64,000 nt of DNA from Eledone cirrhosa (lineage: Eukaryota), in contig OZ024740.1 in NCBI GenBank assembly GCA_964016885.1, positions 388,368,001 through 388,432,000 on the forward strand. The letters are read 5' to 3'. Positions 1 to 12,521 of the stretch are shown here, piece by piece (within the stretch, counting starts at the first letter, position 1; every line of letters starts with the position of its first letter). The notes below the pieces were generated by a model. It searched no databases. It worked only from the letters and a program-made list of their open reading frames with translations, and was not told the origin of the DNA. The position numbers and the translations under genes were made by a program.

Positions 1-377
1 CTTCTTTCCCACCATACCATAAATAGGTTGGCAATATCGCCAGTTATGTTGTCACCAATGGCTTATCCTTCATTTTGCGTGTAAATTTTCTGATTAAATT
101 GAAACATGTAGCCCTTTAGGGTAGTTCTAATACTAGCTCCTACCGCATGTGCGATTATTTTTCTCCCCTGACCGTTGTTATTGGGTGCATGAATATTATA
201 GAAAATGATGCGAATAGGACTTGCCCCACGTATAGGAGCAAATTTTTGAATAAGATAGAGAGAACTAAGAATACGAATAAGATCAACTCATGGTATGGCA
301 GCAAAAATACCAGAGTGTAATATATATATATATATATTAGAAAAGGTAAGTGAGGTTCTATACAAAACAGTGGATAT

Positions 378-945
378 AGAGAAAAGATGAAGTTGGAAAT
401 AGCACGGGAGATATATTTAAGGGTCTGTTTTTCTTTTTAGATTCGTCAAAGTGACATTATTCAAATTATAGTGTTATTAAAAAGATAATGTTATTAAAAA
501 AAGAGAGGTACAATTGTTTTTTAAAACTTTTTTATGAAGTATATACAGTATATGAGAAGATTACCTATTTCGATATATTAAGATCCATCTTGTCAAATTC
601 AATGAAAATAATTTCTTCCATCATGCTTCCAGGAAGCATGATAGAAGAAATTTTACTCAAACATTCGATTTTGATTTTAATTTAAAACCTTTTTTTACTC
701 CTACCAACTCTTTTTAATTAACGCTTTTCACTGAATTTGACAAGATGGATCTTAATACATCGAAACCGGTAATTTTCTCATATACTGTATATACTTCATA
801 AAAAAATTAAAAGAAAAGAATTGTCCCTCTCTTTTTTTAATAACATTATCTTTTTAATAACACTATCTTTTCAATAATGTCACTTTGACGAATCAAAAAA
901 GAAAAACACACTCTTAAATATATCTCCCATGCTATTTCCCGCTTC

Positions 946-955
<10 letters not shown>
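378..955. repeat. Imperfect long inverted repeat (arms ~378-608 and ~726-955, spacer ~120 bp); MITE- or foldback-like relic
   Basis: gattcgtcaaagtgacattatt (~440) is the reverse complement of aataatgtcactttgacgaatc (~873). taagatccatcttgtcaaattca pairs with tgaatttgacaagatggatctta. The right arm runs into (CT)n. Confidence 0.85.
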
Positions 956-1039
<84 letters not shown>

Positions 1040-1121
1040 TATCTCTCTATCTATCTATCTATCTCTCTCTATCTATCTATATATATATATAATTATAATT
1101 ATATATATATATATATATATA
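950..1121. repeat. Compound microsatellite (CT)n-(CTAT)n-(AT)n
   Basis: Directly visible. Confidence 0.95.
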
Positions 1122-2864
1122 TCATTTGTGGCGATATCTTTAACCTCATCATTGATCTTATTATAGGTGTTAGTTTTGGCCTTCTGGTATTTATTTGTTA
1201 CGCTATTTTGGATAATGTCGTTATATTTCCCTTATGTATTTCATAAAAATGAAATACTTAAGGGAAATAACTATTTAACTGGTTTCTTTCTTTGGAAAGA
1301 GGTCGCTTTGAAGTATTGTAGTCGATTATGTGAACGCCAGTAAATTCGATGTTATTTATGTTATTAATATTAAATTGGAGCACTGGAAATGGAACATTGG
1401 TGTAAAAGATTAAATTTCTTTAAATGGTTTTCCTCAACGCATCGATGTTCCTTCATCTCCTCTTTCTGGAGAATATTCTATGAACTATAGTTTCCACCAT
1501 CCAAATCGCTCACTGCGCTTTCTTCAACACAGAACTTCGGCTACAAACATTTTTTCAAATTACCGTGCAGTGGAATAGATTTCTTAAAACATGTTTCTGC
1601 GTGGCTAACCCCTTCAGGTACCAAGAGTCATCAATAGTTTTGAATCACATAAGTCTTTTAAGATAGATAATACTGTTGTTGCCCAATAAATAACGGAGAT
1701 TGTCTTTCCCAAACTGCAAGACATTTACTAAAAGGTTATGTACGTCCGTGTTCATTATAAATAATGTAAACCATACTCCACTCAAATGAAATGTTCTTGA
1801 ACTGTTGAGGTTAATATCAACTACACATATTTTATTTCTAACATCCGAATGATTCACACAGAGTATGAGTGGATAATGTAATGGAATTGAGCAAACATTT
1901 CACCCCTTCGAATAACAAAACATTTACCTAAACTAAATACCATACTAGAGCACATATTTAATATCAAAGCGTGTGATCTAGATGTGATGAAAGATATTTT
2001 TGCAATATTCTGTGTTCTACCAAATACTCGAAGGCGTTGCTAAATTGAACTAAAGAACAAAAACGAAATAGACATTTCAAACTATTATGAATAGAGTAAC
2101 TTTTGAATTTTTCTTTGGGCGTTTCTGAAGCAGTGTTTTGTGCAAGTGGGAATTCATTCAAATGTTGGCTGTGGGATGAGATATGTCAACTACATAGTCC
2201 GAGATATTCTTTCCCAATAAATATTTTATATGTAAGAAAATAATTTCCTTGTGAAATGTAGTCACGTGGTGACAACAAGTGATTGGACTGTATCACTTAA
2301 TTTAATCAATCCATTTACAACATAATTTATAATTAAGAAATATTTGTTTTGTCATAAAAATTAAGTCGTACGAAACAAGTATTTATCATAGAATCAGCTA
2401 TGGGCTGAAAAGTGTATACATATGTTTTTCTTAGAAAATGAAAGGGAAATTAAAGTAATTTCAAATTGCGCTGAAAGTGATTCGTGGCAAATATATGAAC
2501 AATAGAGATGTTTAATCTATACCGCCTCTTCAATCTATTCAACCTACATTTAACATTTACCAAAAGCAAACCCAAAACTTTTCGTAAATGCTACTAAATT
2601 ATAAATCACGAATACGTTTCTTTTTTCTCTGTTTAGATTTATTTCGTTTTCCTGTGTTTTTTTCCTATAGCCATAAAAGTGAAAATAAACATAAATAAAA
2701 TATTTAAATAAATTTAGTCATTTCCTTGACAGTGTAAGAATTTGTTTTCATGAAAAAGTCAAACACGTGTGAACTAATCAATTACATTGTAACTAAAATC
2801 ATCGATTTTTATATATAAAAATATTGATACACACTGAATTAAGAATAATACTTTTGGAGCGAAG

Positions 2865-3035
2865 AGAAAGTCGATTAAATAACCTCCAACGCTTTACTGG
2901 TACTTCATTTTTATGACCCTTTCAGGATAAATGGCAAGCTAACTTCAGCGGGATTTGAACTCAAAATATATAGGGTCGTAACTATATGCCGCAAACCATT
3001 TCCGGCCGTCTACCGACACTGCCAATCCACCGCCC
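2865..3035 (-). mobile_element. Degenerate tRNA-derived SINE (octopus-type)
   Basis: Minus strand reads ggcggtggattggcagtgtcggtagacggccgg...gagttcaaatcccgctgaag, with a B-box-like GAGTTCAAATCCC. Resembles the common octopus SINE consensus as recalled. A related copy lies at 25139-25233. Confidence 0.7.
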
Positions 3036-3210
3036 TTCATTTAAGAATCATAATGAGAAGTGTGCATTTTTAACATGAATTTAATAGATATTATATGATG
3101 GTATTAATTTCATACACAATATAGAACAAATCAAGGAGAAAATAATTTATTGAAGTTAATGAGGATGCAAACTTATATTTAATAAATTATCTATCTATCT
3201 ATCTATCTAT

Positions 3211-4176
3211 CTTGGCACCTCGAGTGCCTACAGGTGCTCACAGCCCCTTACCAAGCGGAAACGGCAATCAGCGGAGACTCTACTTCGACATTCTATAGGG
3301 GATTAGTGGAGGATAAGTGCGACGACGTTCCCGGGGAAACTCTAGGGATCGAGGAGAACGAACTGACCAGTCTGTTCGGGAGGACTTTCCGTCCAGGGCC
3401 TATGGATAACTTCCAGGGTCTCTGGCCTGGCAGTGCTACCGAGGAGCTCTACCAGTTCGAGACAAAATCTACAGGCACGGACACCCTGGCAGAGATCCCT
3501 CCAAAAGGATCTGTCCAAGATGCGAGCAGGACATCGAAACCGTTCTGCACGCAATTTTTCAGTGCCCAGGGGTGACCGACCTGTGGAATTATGTCGAACA
3601 GCTGCTGTCACGTGTGGGACGCATCCAGTTGTCAGCCGAGTCCATCGTGAGGATCACCCCGCCGCCTACATTTAAGGACGAAGGAGAGGCGGTTTTCCTC
3701 TGTCTTGTGGCTATGGCGAAAGAGGTAATATGGTGGACGAGGTTAAAAGGACTGAAGGCAAACACCTTTCTCTCCGGACAACAACTCATCCCCTTCTTTA
3801 AGTATCACTTCAGAAGGAAGGTGAGAGAGGAGAGAGAGATGCTATACACCAGTAAATTCGCTGAAAGGTGGGTGATGTGGCAAAAATGGGCTAAGTGAAT
3901 GGGCCTTCTCTGTATATAAACCTGTAGGTTGAGGAAGATAAATAGAGGGCAGACAGGAACACCTACAAAACGTGTTCCTGGTGTTGAGGGTTGTTCTATC
4001 CACGGGGTGTAAAACAACCCTGCAGTAACGTTCCCCCTACTGGGGATTTCAATTGTTATTTTATTATATATAGTTTATTGTTATTTATTAATGTTAAAGA
4101 TATTTTTATGTAAAACCCCCGCCGTCATGTCTTGTAATGTCCCATTTGTGTACGCCCCTGTGGCAAATAAAGAAAG
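3211..4176 (+). mobile_element. 5'-truncated Tx1/L1-clade LINE, divergent subfamily C (ORF2 C-terminus + 3'UTR)
   Basis: ORFs 3234-3575 and 3572-3898 are homologous to the C-terminus of ORF2 at 6663-9884 (ISGDSTSTFYRGL, GEAVFLCLVAMAKEVIWWTRLKGL). Ends in gcccctgtggcaaataaagaaag followed by (ATCT)n. Confidence 0.9.
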
Positions 4177-4177
4177 A

Positions 4178-4266
<89 letters not shown>

Positions 4267-4268
<2 letters not shown>

Positions 4269-4492
4269 ATACCTCTCGGCCGCTACGGGAAACGCAAATC
4301 ACCCGGTCTAGATGGTCGACCCAATGAGTTTTACATAGGCATGCCGGACTTGTTCTCTGGCGTCCTCGAAGCCGTCTATTGCAACTGGCAGCAGAGCGGG
4401 AGAATTCCCAGTTATGCAGGCAGGAGCATAGTAACGTTGATCAGGAAAGACGAGAACAGGGGCACGAACTAAGCAACTTTAGGTCCATAACT
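4267..4492 (+). repeat. 226-bp duplicate of 10181-10406 (RT fragment of Tx1 subfamily B)
   Basis: Matches 10181-10406 with one visible mismatch. The two copies flank the near-full-length element. Confidence 0.9.
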
Positions 4493-4520
4493 TTTGATTA
4501 CATAAAATTTTGATTACGTT

Positions 4521-6414
4521 ATGAACGCTGCGTCCAACAATAATGGTGGTGGAGAGGCGGTAAGACTACAAAGCTCGCAGTCAACAACGTCTTCTTCACT
4601 AGATACTATAGAGATGGAAAGACAAAATGAAAATAAAAAAACGAATTCACATCCAAACAACACAAATGACACCAAACAGCTCAATGACAACAAAAATAAC
4701 AGCAAAACCAATAATGATGATAAAAGCAACAATGATAACAACAACAAAGAAAAAAATAAAGACAACGCCAATAACACCAGCATCAAAGACAACAACAACA
4801 CCAAGGAAAATACGGATGATACCAACATCGGTGACAACAAGAATAACAACAAGAATAACAACAATAATGACAACACCACCAATACGGATTCCACAAAGAA
4901 ACCAAAAATCTCCTTTGCGGAGAAAGTTCAAAAGAAAGAACAATTGATATATCTCGACATAACAAATGCTGAACACCTTTTAAAGGACGCTAAGAGATAT
5001 GTCACCTTCGAAAAAAATGGTGCTTTCAGCATCAATTCTCCGGTAGAAATTCGCAAGGAAACTGCTCTCAAAACGATAGTTTTTAGGACAGTTTCCAATT
5101 CTACCCGAAAACCAGTCCAATTGTCACAGAAAGATATTGAACTGGTTTTCAAAGATTCAATGAATGATATTGCATTCATTCAAAGAAGCAAACTTTTTGG
5201 GAGTATTTCGGTACTGATGAAGGATCAATTGACGGCCCAAAATTACTCTGTGTCGCCAATTGTATCCAACCTGTACACCTTTTTCCCTACATACATGGGA
5301 AAAAGGACACAAAAGATCAGAATCACAAGTGTCACACCAAAGGTGAACATATGGTGGATACTGTGCGGCTTCATCAATTTTGATGAAGACAGAATACTGT
5401 CAGTAGGCAAGTCCCCCAGAGATGTATTCAATGGGACTAGCATTGAAGTTCTGGTGCAAATGAGCCCAGAGCGAATAGCTATGATCCCACAGCGTGTACT
5501 CCTGGACGGACTTACCTACATAAACCTTTCGGTTGAGGGTAGGCGGCCTTCATGTTACCATTGCTTTAGCAGGGGTCACCTGAGGGATTCCTGTCCTAAA
5601 CTAATGAACCAAAAAAAGGCTCTTCTGCCAACACCCATCAAAACAACACAACCACCAACACCACCACTACAACAACAACACCAACACACAAAAATAACCA
5701 CAACAAACACAGTCCCACCCAACCTCACTCCACCTAAAACCACTGCAAAATCACATACAGACACAACAGCTCCCCAAGACATACCCCTCCCCAATCACAC
5801 AGACGATACAACAGATGAGGCTATCTCGCCATCACCCAGTGAAGACGAGGGAGAACCCCATCGCTCGAAAAGAAAGAAAAGACATCACAAAAGCAAAAAA
5901 CCAGCAAACACTACCACAAACATACAACCACCAACACAAACAACAAAAATATCACAACAAAATACCTACAACAAAACGAAAGCACACACAAGAACTACAG
6001 ACAAAAACAAACACAACACAAGAAAATTACACTTACACTTACATAAACACTGAAAACAAAACACTAATGGAGACCATTACGAACGACCCTTCGGTTTTCA
6101 CCGAAGGGAAAACTTTCGCCCACTCTATAAAAAATAGCAAAAAAATGAACCTAAAACTGATTAGGGTCCCTATACAAATTTATAGGTCCCTAAAAGAAAC
6201 ATTTGAGAAGGATGTGGGGAATTCCTGCGTGAAACCACTCAACCGCGTCCTTCTCAAATGCCTCCCCACCCCAGACACCCCCATCCCACCAGACCCCACC
6301 CCACCAAACATCTGCGTCCCCACCCCGCCGGAAACCACCACCCATCCAGACAACCCCTCCAACACCCCCATGGAAATCGTGCGGCCTGGTCCCCAGGAGG
6401 CGAAGGGTGAGTGA
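4521..6414 (+). CDS. LINE ORF1 (gag-like, CCHC zinc knuckle), one frameshift near 5950-6020
   Basis: ORF 4521-6053 has an Asn-rich N-terminus and CYHCFSRGHLRDSC. It continues in the 5815-6414 frame. Copy 2 reads PPTQENYTYTY in one frame, which shows the two frames were one ORF. Confidence 0.8.
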
Positions 6415-6447
6415 TCTCTTTTCCTCTTTTAACTTTTCAGCACCAAC

Positions 6448-9400
6448 ATGGCCAATATAAGAGTTGGATGTGTGAACGTACGCGGCCTGGGGATGCCCTG
6501 GAAACAGGGCAAACTCTTAAACGACCTCAGGTCGCACAGTTTGGATGTGGTAGCCATTTGCGAGTCCAGGATCCACGGCGAGCGACAGCTGGACCCCATC
6601 TTCGATGACTTTGAGATCTACGCATCTCTCTGTCAACCGGGGGTGGGGGCGGAGTTGCCGTTTTGCTGCGGAAACACCTGGGCCTCGTAACACAGACGGT
6701 ACATCTGGACCCGGAGGGTCGACTGGTGGTCCTAGACGTTGACGGTAGTGAAGGTGGAGCGTTCAGGCTGGTGGCCGCATATGCCCCATCCGGGACACCG
6801 CGGCCAGACTTCTTCAAACGTCTAGAGACTTTTCTGGGAACGTCCCGCTCCTTGCTTTTAGTGGGGGACTGGAATGGAATCCTAGATGCACGTTGGGACT
6901 ATGTGGGAGCATGTCCCGATAAAGGGAGGTGTAACAGCCTCAAACAGTTAATCGACCGATTTGACCTGGCCGATAGATATCGACTAGATTTTCCGACTGC
7001 GCCACTGTGGACGTGGAGTAATCGTAGCGGAACATCTAGATCGTACCTAGATAGGGTTCTAGTTAGAAATAAGGATAGGGACATGTTAAGCTGTCCACAA
7101 ATGTTCATGGTTGCCTATTCAGATCACAAACTAGTGACCTGCATGGCCAACTTTGATAGAACCCATAGACAAGGACCCGGCTACTGGAAGCTGAACTTGT
7201 CGTTACCGACAAGCAAAGCCTACAGTAGACGGATTAGCACTTTAGTTAAACAGCACTTGACAGGGGCCATTGTCAACAACAGATGGTGGTACTCTCTCAA
7301 GAGGGCAGTTAGATTAGACTCGATAGTTTTTAGTAAAGAATTAGCGTTAGATAGAAATAGAACCGAGAAGGAACTGGTAGATAAAGTAGAAGAGGCTATT
7401 AGAAGTGGCAACGTAGCCAGCGTGCTAGCAACGAGAACGGCCTTGGACCAGTTCTTCGACGCAAAGCACGAGGGCTGCGTTGTCAGAAGCAAAATACGTG
7501 CTCTGGGAAACGAGGGAGCCAAAGCTGTTAGCTGGGCCCGAGTGACGGAGGCAAAAAGTGGCAACAAGTCCACGATTCGGTCTTTGAAGGACCAAAACGG
7601 ACGCGTGATACGTGAGCCGAAGCAGATGTGTGCGGCTTTTCAGCGGCACTTTGCTCGGCTGTTCGGGGGGAGCGGCGCGCCGGGAGAGGCTATGGATTTC
7701 GGTCCATACCTCGACGGCCTACCGCGACTCTCGGACAGCGAGGCGAAGTTCTGCGAAAAGCCGATTTCAGCCACTGAGATAGGGGACGCGCTGAGCCAAT
7801 GCGGCAAACGCAAATCTCCAGGTCTCGACGGTCTACCCTACGAATTTTACGTAGCAATGCCGGACTTATTCTCCGGTCTCCTGGAAGCGGTCTACTGCAA
7901 CTGGCAACAGAACGGGAGAATTCCCAGTTCTGTAACCGGGGGCGTGGTCACACTAATCAGGAAGGACGAGAATAAGGGGGATGACATAGGCAACTTCCGG
8001 CCCATAACTCTGCTAAACACAGAGTTACAGATTTTGGCCAAGGTGTTGGCAAAGAGGCTGGCGCTTGTCGTCGAGAACCTGGTGGGAGAAGCGCAGACAT
8101 GCGCGATCCCGACCAGGTCCATACACGACAACCTCCACCTCATGCGATACATCATAGAGAGGGTAGGGTGTAAACCCGGCTTCGGTGGGGCCCTGATCAA
8201 CTTGGATCAGTCTAAGGCTTTCGATAGGGTTGACCATCGTTACCTGGATGCGGTGCTCGAGGCGGCAGGCTTCGGACCCGTGTTCAGGGGCTGGATTGCT
8301 GCAATGCACAACAGCAACATCTGCTCAAGGGTCAAGGTGAACGGTTACCTCTCGGAGCCGTTCCATATTACGCGATCCATTCGACAGGGATGCCCTCTCT
8401 CCTCCCTTCTGTACGTACTGACTCTCGAGCCACTACTGCGGAAGCTGGAGCTATTGCAGGGCATCCCTCTGGAACCGGGACTGCGGAAAGCGGCGTCGGC
8501 CTACGCCGACGACGTGACAGTAATGGTGTCGAGCGCCTCGCAAATCGAGAAAGTCGGCACCTTACTAAAGGAATACGAAAGTCTCACAGGAGCGAAGCTG
8601 AACCGGGACAAGTCCATCGGTTTGCAACTAGGATCGTGGAGAGGCAGACCGATGCCTTCCGATGGCGTCGTCGGACGCTGGACGGAAGGACCGGTAAAGC
8701 TGCTCGGGGTCTGCTTTGGTCCGGACCTCCAGGTGGAGAAGAACTGGAACGAAGTGACGGCCAAGGTGTTTGCACTCACCCAGAAGTGGGCCGAGTGCAA
8801 ACTATCCTTGAAAGGTCGAGCGGAGGTTGCGAACACTTTTATAGCGTCCGCCATCTACTACCGCTTGACCGTCGTGCCTTGTCCAGCCAAAACGCTCGCC
8901 AAAATGGAGCGCGCCCTCTTCCGATTCCTTTGGAAGAGGCGGGCTCCTTTGGTAAGAAGATCCATCTGCTGCCAACACCCTTCTAACGGAGGGCTGGGGA
9001 TGCCGTGGTTGACGATGCGCAAACACGCGCTCAGGCTGCGGCATCTCTACGTATTCCTCACCGGACAACCGGTGTGGGCCCCGTTCGTGAGGCGAGCCTT
9101 CCCACGACTCGTCTCACTGACCGAGCTGCAGTTCTGGGTCAAGCAGAGACCGAGGAAAATGGGCGACTGGCACATCGAATGTGCTCAGGCGCTCACAGCC
9201 CTCTGGCAGGCGGACCCGGCGATCAGTGGAGACTCCACTTCGTCATTCTATAGAGGGTTGGTCCGCAGCAAGTGCGACGACGCGCTCGGTGAAACTCTAG
9301 GCGTGGAGGAAGATGAACTGGCCAGTCTGTTCGGTAGGACCTTCCGCCCGGGACCGATGGACAACTTCCAAAAGTCCCTGGCCTGGCAGTGCTACCGAGG

Positions 9401-9884
9401 AGCTCTACCAGTTCGAGACAAGCCCTACAGACATGGGCGCCCGGGCAGGGACCCTGCAAAAAAGATCTGTCCGAGGTGCGTGCGAGACGAAGAAAACGTC
9501 GCGCACGCATTCATACACTGCCCGGGCGTCACTGATCTGTGGGGATATGTAGAACGACTATTGTCGCGGGTGGGACCAATCCAGTTGACCACCGAGTCCA
9601 TTGTCATGATCAAACCGCCACCCTCCTTCAAAAACGAAGGAGAGGCGGTTTTCCTTTGTGTGATAGCTATGGCGAAAGAGGTTGTATGGTGGACAAGGTT
9701 GAAAGGGCTGAGGTCAGACACCTTTCTCTCCGGCCAACAACTGATTCTTTTTTTCAAATACCACTTTGGAAGAAGAATCAGGATGGAGAGAGAGGTGCTG
9801 TACCCCAGCAAGTTTTATGAAAGGTGGGTGAAAGTGGCGAGAATGGCCCGAGTGAATGGGCCTTCTCTCTATATCAGCCTGTAG
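6448..9884 (+). CDS. LINE ORF2: APE endonuclease + reverse transcriptase + C-terminal Cys/His finger; a single 1-bp deletion in the G-run at ~6640
   Basis: Endonuclease motifs: CVNVRGL, VGDWN, SYLDRVL, YSDHKLV. RT motifs: KSPGLDG, FRPITLLN, DQSKAFD, IRQGCPLS, YADD. C-terminal CPRC..H.FIHC. Copy 2 (14578-) has one more G and reads through. Confidence 0.93.
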
Positions 9885-10120
9885 ATTGAGGAAAAGGAGG
9901 AGGAGAGGAAAGGAGTACAAGCTCTTCGTACTCCTGGAGATGAGGGTTGCACATTTTTTTCGGGGGTATGTGTTACCCATATAAACTGTCTCCCTCTATT
10001 GGGGAAAATCGACTAACTTTTAAATTCCATCTGTGATAACATTTTACACGTTTTTATTGTATGTAAACTTCCCCCTTTGTATTTGTCCCCTTCTTTTGTG
10101 CCCCTGTGGCTAATAAAGAA

Positions 10121-10180
<60 letters not shown>

Positions 10181-10182
<2 letters not shown>

Positions 10183-12478
10183 ATACCTCTGGGCCGCTAC
10201 GGGAAACGCAAATCACCCGGTCTAGATGGTCGACCCAATGAGTTTTACATAGGCATGCCGGACTTGTTCTCTGGCGTCCTCGAAGCCGTCTATTGCAACT
10301 GGCAGCAGAGCGGGAGAATTCCCAGTTATGCAGGCAGGAGCATAGTAACGTTGATCAGGAAAGACGAGAACAGGGGCACGAACTAAGCAACTTTAGGTCC
10401 ATAACTCTGCTCAACACAGAGTTAAAGATTTTGGCCAAGGTGTTAGCAACGAGGCTGGCGTTTGTCGTCGAGAACCTGGTAGGAAAAGCGCAAACGTGTG
10501 AAATCCCGACCAGGTGCATACACGACAACCTCCACCTCATGTGATACATTATGGAGAGGGTGGGGTGTAAACCCGGCTTCAGTGGGGCTCTGATCAATTT
10601 AGATCAGTCTAAGGCGTTCGATAGGGTCAACCATCGATACTTGGAAGCGGTTCTCAAGGCGGCCAGTTTCGGACCCATCTTCAGAGGCTGGATCAAAGCA
10701 ATGCATACCAACATCTGCTCGACGGTAAAGGTGAACGGCTACCTATCGGAGCCGTTCGCAATCACGCGTTCCATCCGACAGGGATGCCCTCTCACCTACA
10801 TTCTGTACGTACTGACTCTAGAGCCACTACTGCGGAAATTGGAGCTTCTGCAGGGCATCCCGGGAGTGCGGAAAGCGGTGTCTGCTTAAGCCGACGACGT
10901 CATATAATGGTGTCAGAAGCCTTGGAAATCGGGGCGATTGGCAACTTACTGCAGAAATACGAAAGGCTCACAGGAGCAAAACTGAACCCGGACAAGTCTG
11001 TTGGTTTGCAACTCGGAATGTGGAGGGGCAAACCGATGCCGTCCGACAGCGTCGTCGGACGCTGGAAGGAAGGACCGGTGAAATTGCTCGGGGTATGGTT
11101 CGGTCCGGACCTCCAAGTGGAGAAAAACTGGAACGAGGTGACGGCCAAGGTATTTGCGCTCACCCAGAAGTGGGCAGAGTGCAAACTATCCTTGAAAGGT
11201 CGAGAGGAGGTGGCGAACACTTTCATAGCGTCCGTCATCTACTACCGCTTGACAGCCGTGCTTTGCCCCCGCGAATACCTTACCAAGATGGAACGCATAC
11301 TCTTCCAGTTCCTTTGGAAGATGCAGGCTCCACTGGTGAGGAGATTCTTCTGCTGTCAGCATCCTTCCAACGGAAGGCTGGGAATGCCGTGGCTGATGAT
11401 GCGTAAACATGCCCTGAGGCTATGGCATCTCCAGGTATTCCTCACCGACCAACCGGTCTGGGCACCATTTGTGAAACAGAAGCTGCAGTCCTGGGTCAAG
11501 TGCAGACCGAAGAAGATGGGCGCCTGAAACATTGAATGCGCTCAGGCGCTCACAGTCCTCTGTCAAGCAGGCAGACCAATCAGTGGAGACTCCACTTCGA
11601 CATTCTAAAGAGGGTTAATACGTCACAAGGGCGACGATGTGCTCGGAGAGACTCTGGGCGTCGAAGACGACGAGCTCACCAGTCTGTTTGGTAGGACTTT
11701 CCACCCGGGACCTATGGACAACTTCCAGAGGTCCCTGGCCTGGCAGTGCTACCGAGGAGCTCTACCAGTTCGACACAAGATCTACAGGCACGGACGCCCC
11801 GGCAGGGATCCTTAAAAGAGGACGTGTCCAAGATGCGAGCAGGACATTGAAACCGTCTTGCACGCAATTGTACACTGCCCGGGCGTAATTGACATGTGGA
11901 ATTACACAGAACAACTGCTGTCGCGTATGGAACAAATCCAGTTGACTGCCGAGTCCATAGTAAGGATCAAACCGCCAACTTCTTTCAAAAACGAAAGAGA
12001 GGCGGTTTTCTTCTGTACAGTGGTTATGGTGAAAGAAGTTATATGGTGGACGAGATTGAGAGGACTGAGGACAGATGCCTTTCTCTCCGGACAACAACTC
12101 ATTCCCTTCTTTAGGTACCACTTTAGAAGGAGAATCATAGTAGAGAGAGAGGCACTGCACCCCAGTAAATTTACTGAAAGGTGGGTAAATGTAGCAAAAA
12201 TGGCCAGAGTGATTGGGAATTCTCTATATATAAACCTGTAGGCTGAAGAAGAAAGCAAAAGGAAGAAAGGCGCACTTGCACAACACGCTCCTGAAGTTGA
12301 GGGTTGTTCTATCGACGGGGTATTATCAATCCATTTGTAACGCTTACCTCCTATTGGAGATTTCGATTGTTAAATTTGTTTCTTGAAAATATTTTTTTTT
12401 ACACGATTGTATGTAAAGTCCCCAGCATATGTCCTTGTATTGTCCTCTTTTCTTGTGCGCTTTTGTGGTAAATAAAGA

Positions 12479-12480
<2 letters not shown>
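10181..12480 (+). mobile_element. 5'-truncated, degenerate Tx1/L1 LINE, subfamily B
   Basis: Frameshifted RT/C-terminal ORFs 10293-12241 are homologous to ORF2. The YADD Tyr codon is mutated to a stop (taa gcc gac gac). Distinct 3'UTR ending gtggtaaataaagaaa followed by (TA)n. Confidence 0.92.

Positions 12481-12516
<36 letters not shown>

Positions 12517-12521
<5 letters not shown>

Larger units (their letters stand above)
4493..10121 (+). mobile_element. Near-full-length Tx1/L1-clade non-LTR retrotransposon, subfamily A copy 1
   Basis: Two ORFs (gag-like with CCHC; APE+RT+Zn finger) and a 3'UTR ending in aataaagaa followed by (ATCT)n. Lacks the ~200-bp 5'UTR seen in copy 2. Confidence 0.95.

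Noticed and set aside
1200-2300. Short minus-strand ORFs (1645-1857, 1964-2161) as exons or a transposase relic
   Set aside because: No recognisable motif or splice structure by eye.
2865-3035. tRNA gene
   Set aside because: Has A/B-box-like motifs but no cloverleaf; fits a SINE head.
5815-6690. Programmed frameshifting in ORF1 or ORF2 of copy 1
   Set aside because: Copy 2 is in frame at these sites, so they are copy-specific indels or homopolymer errors.
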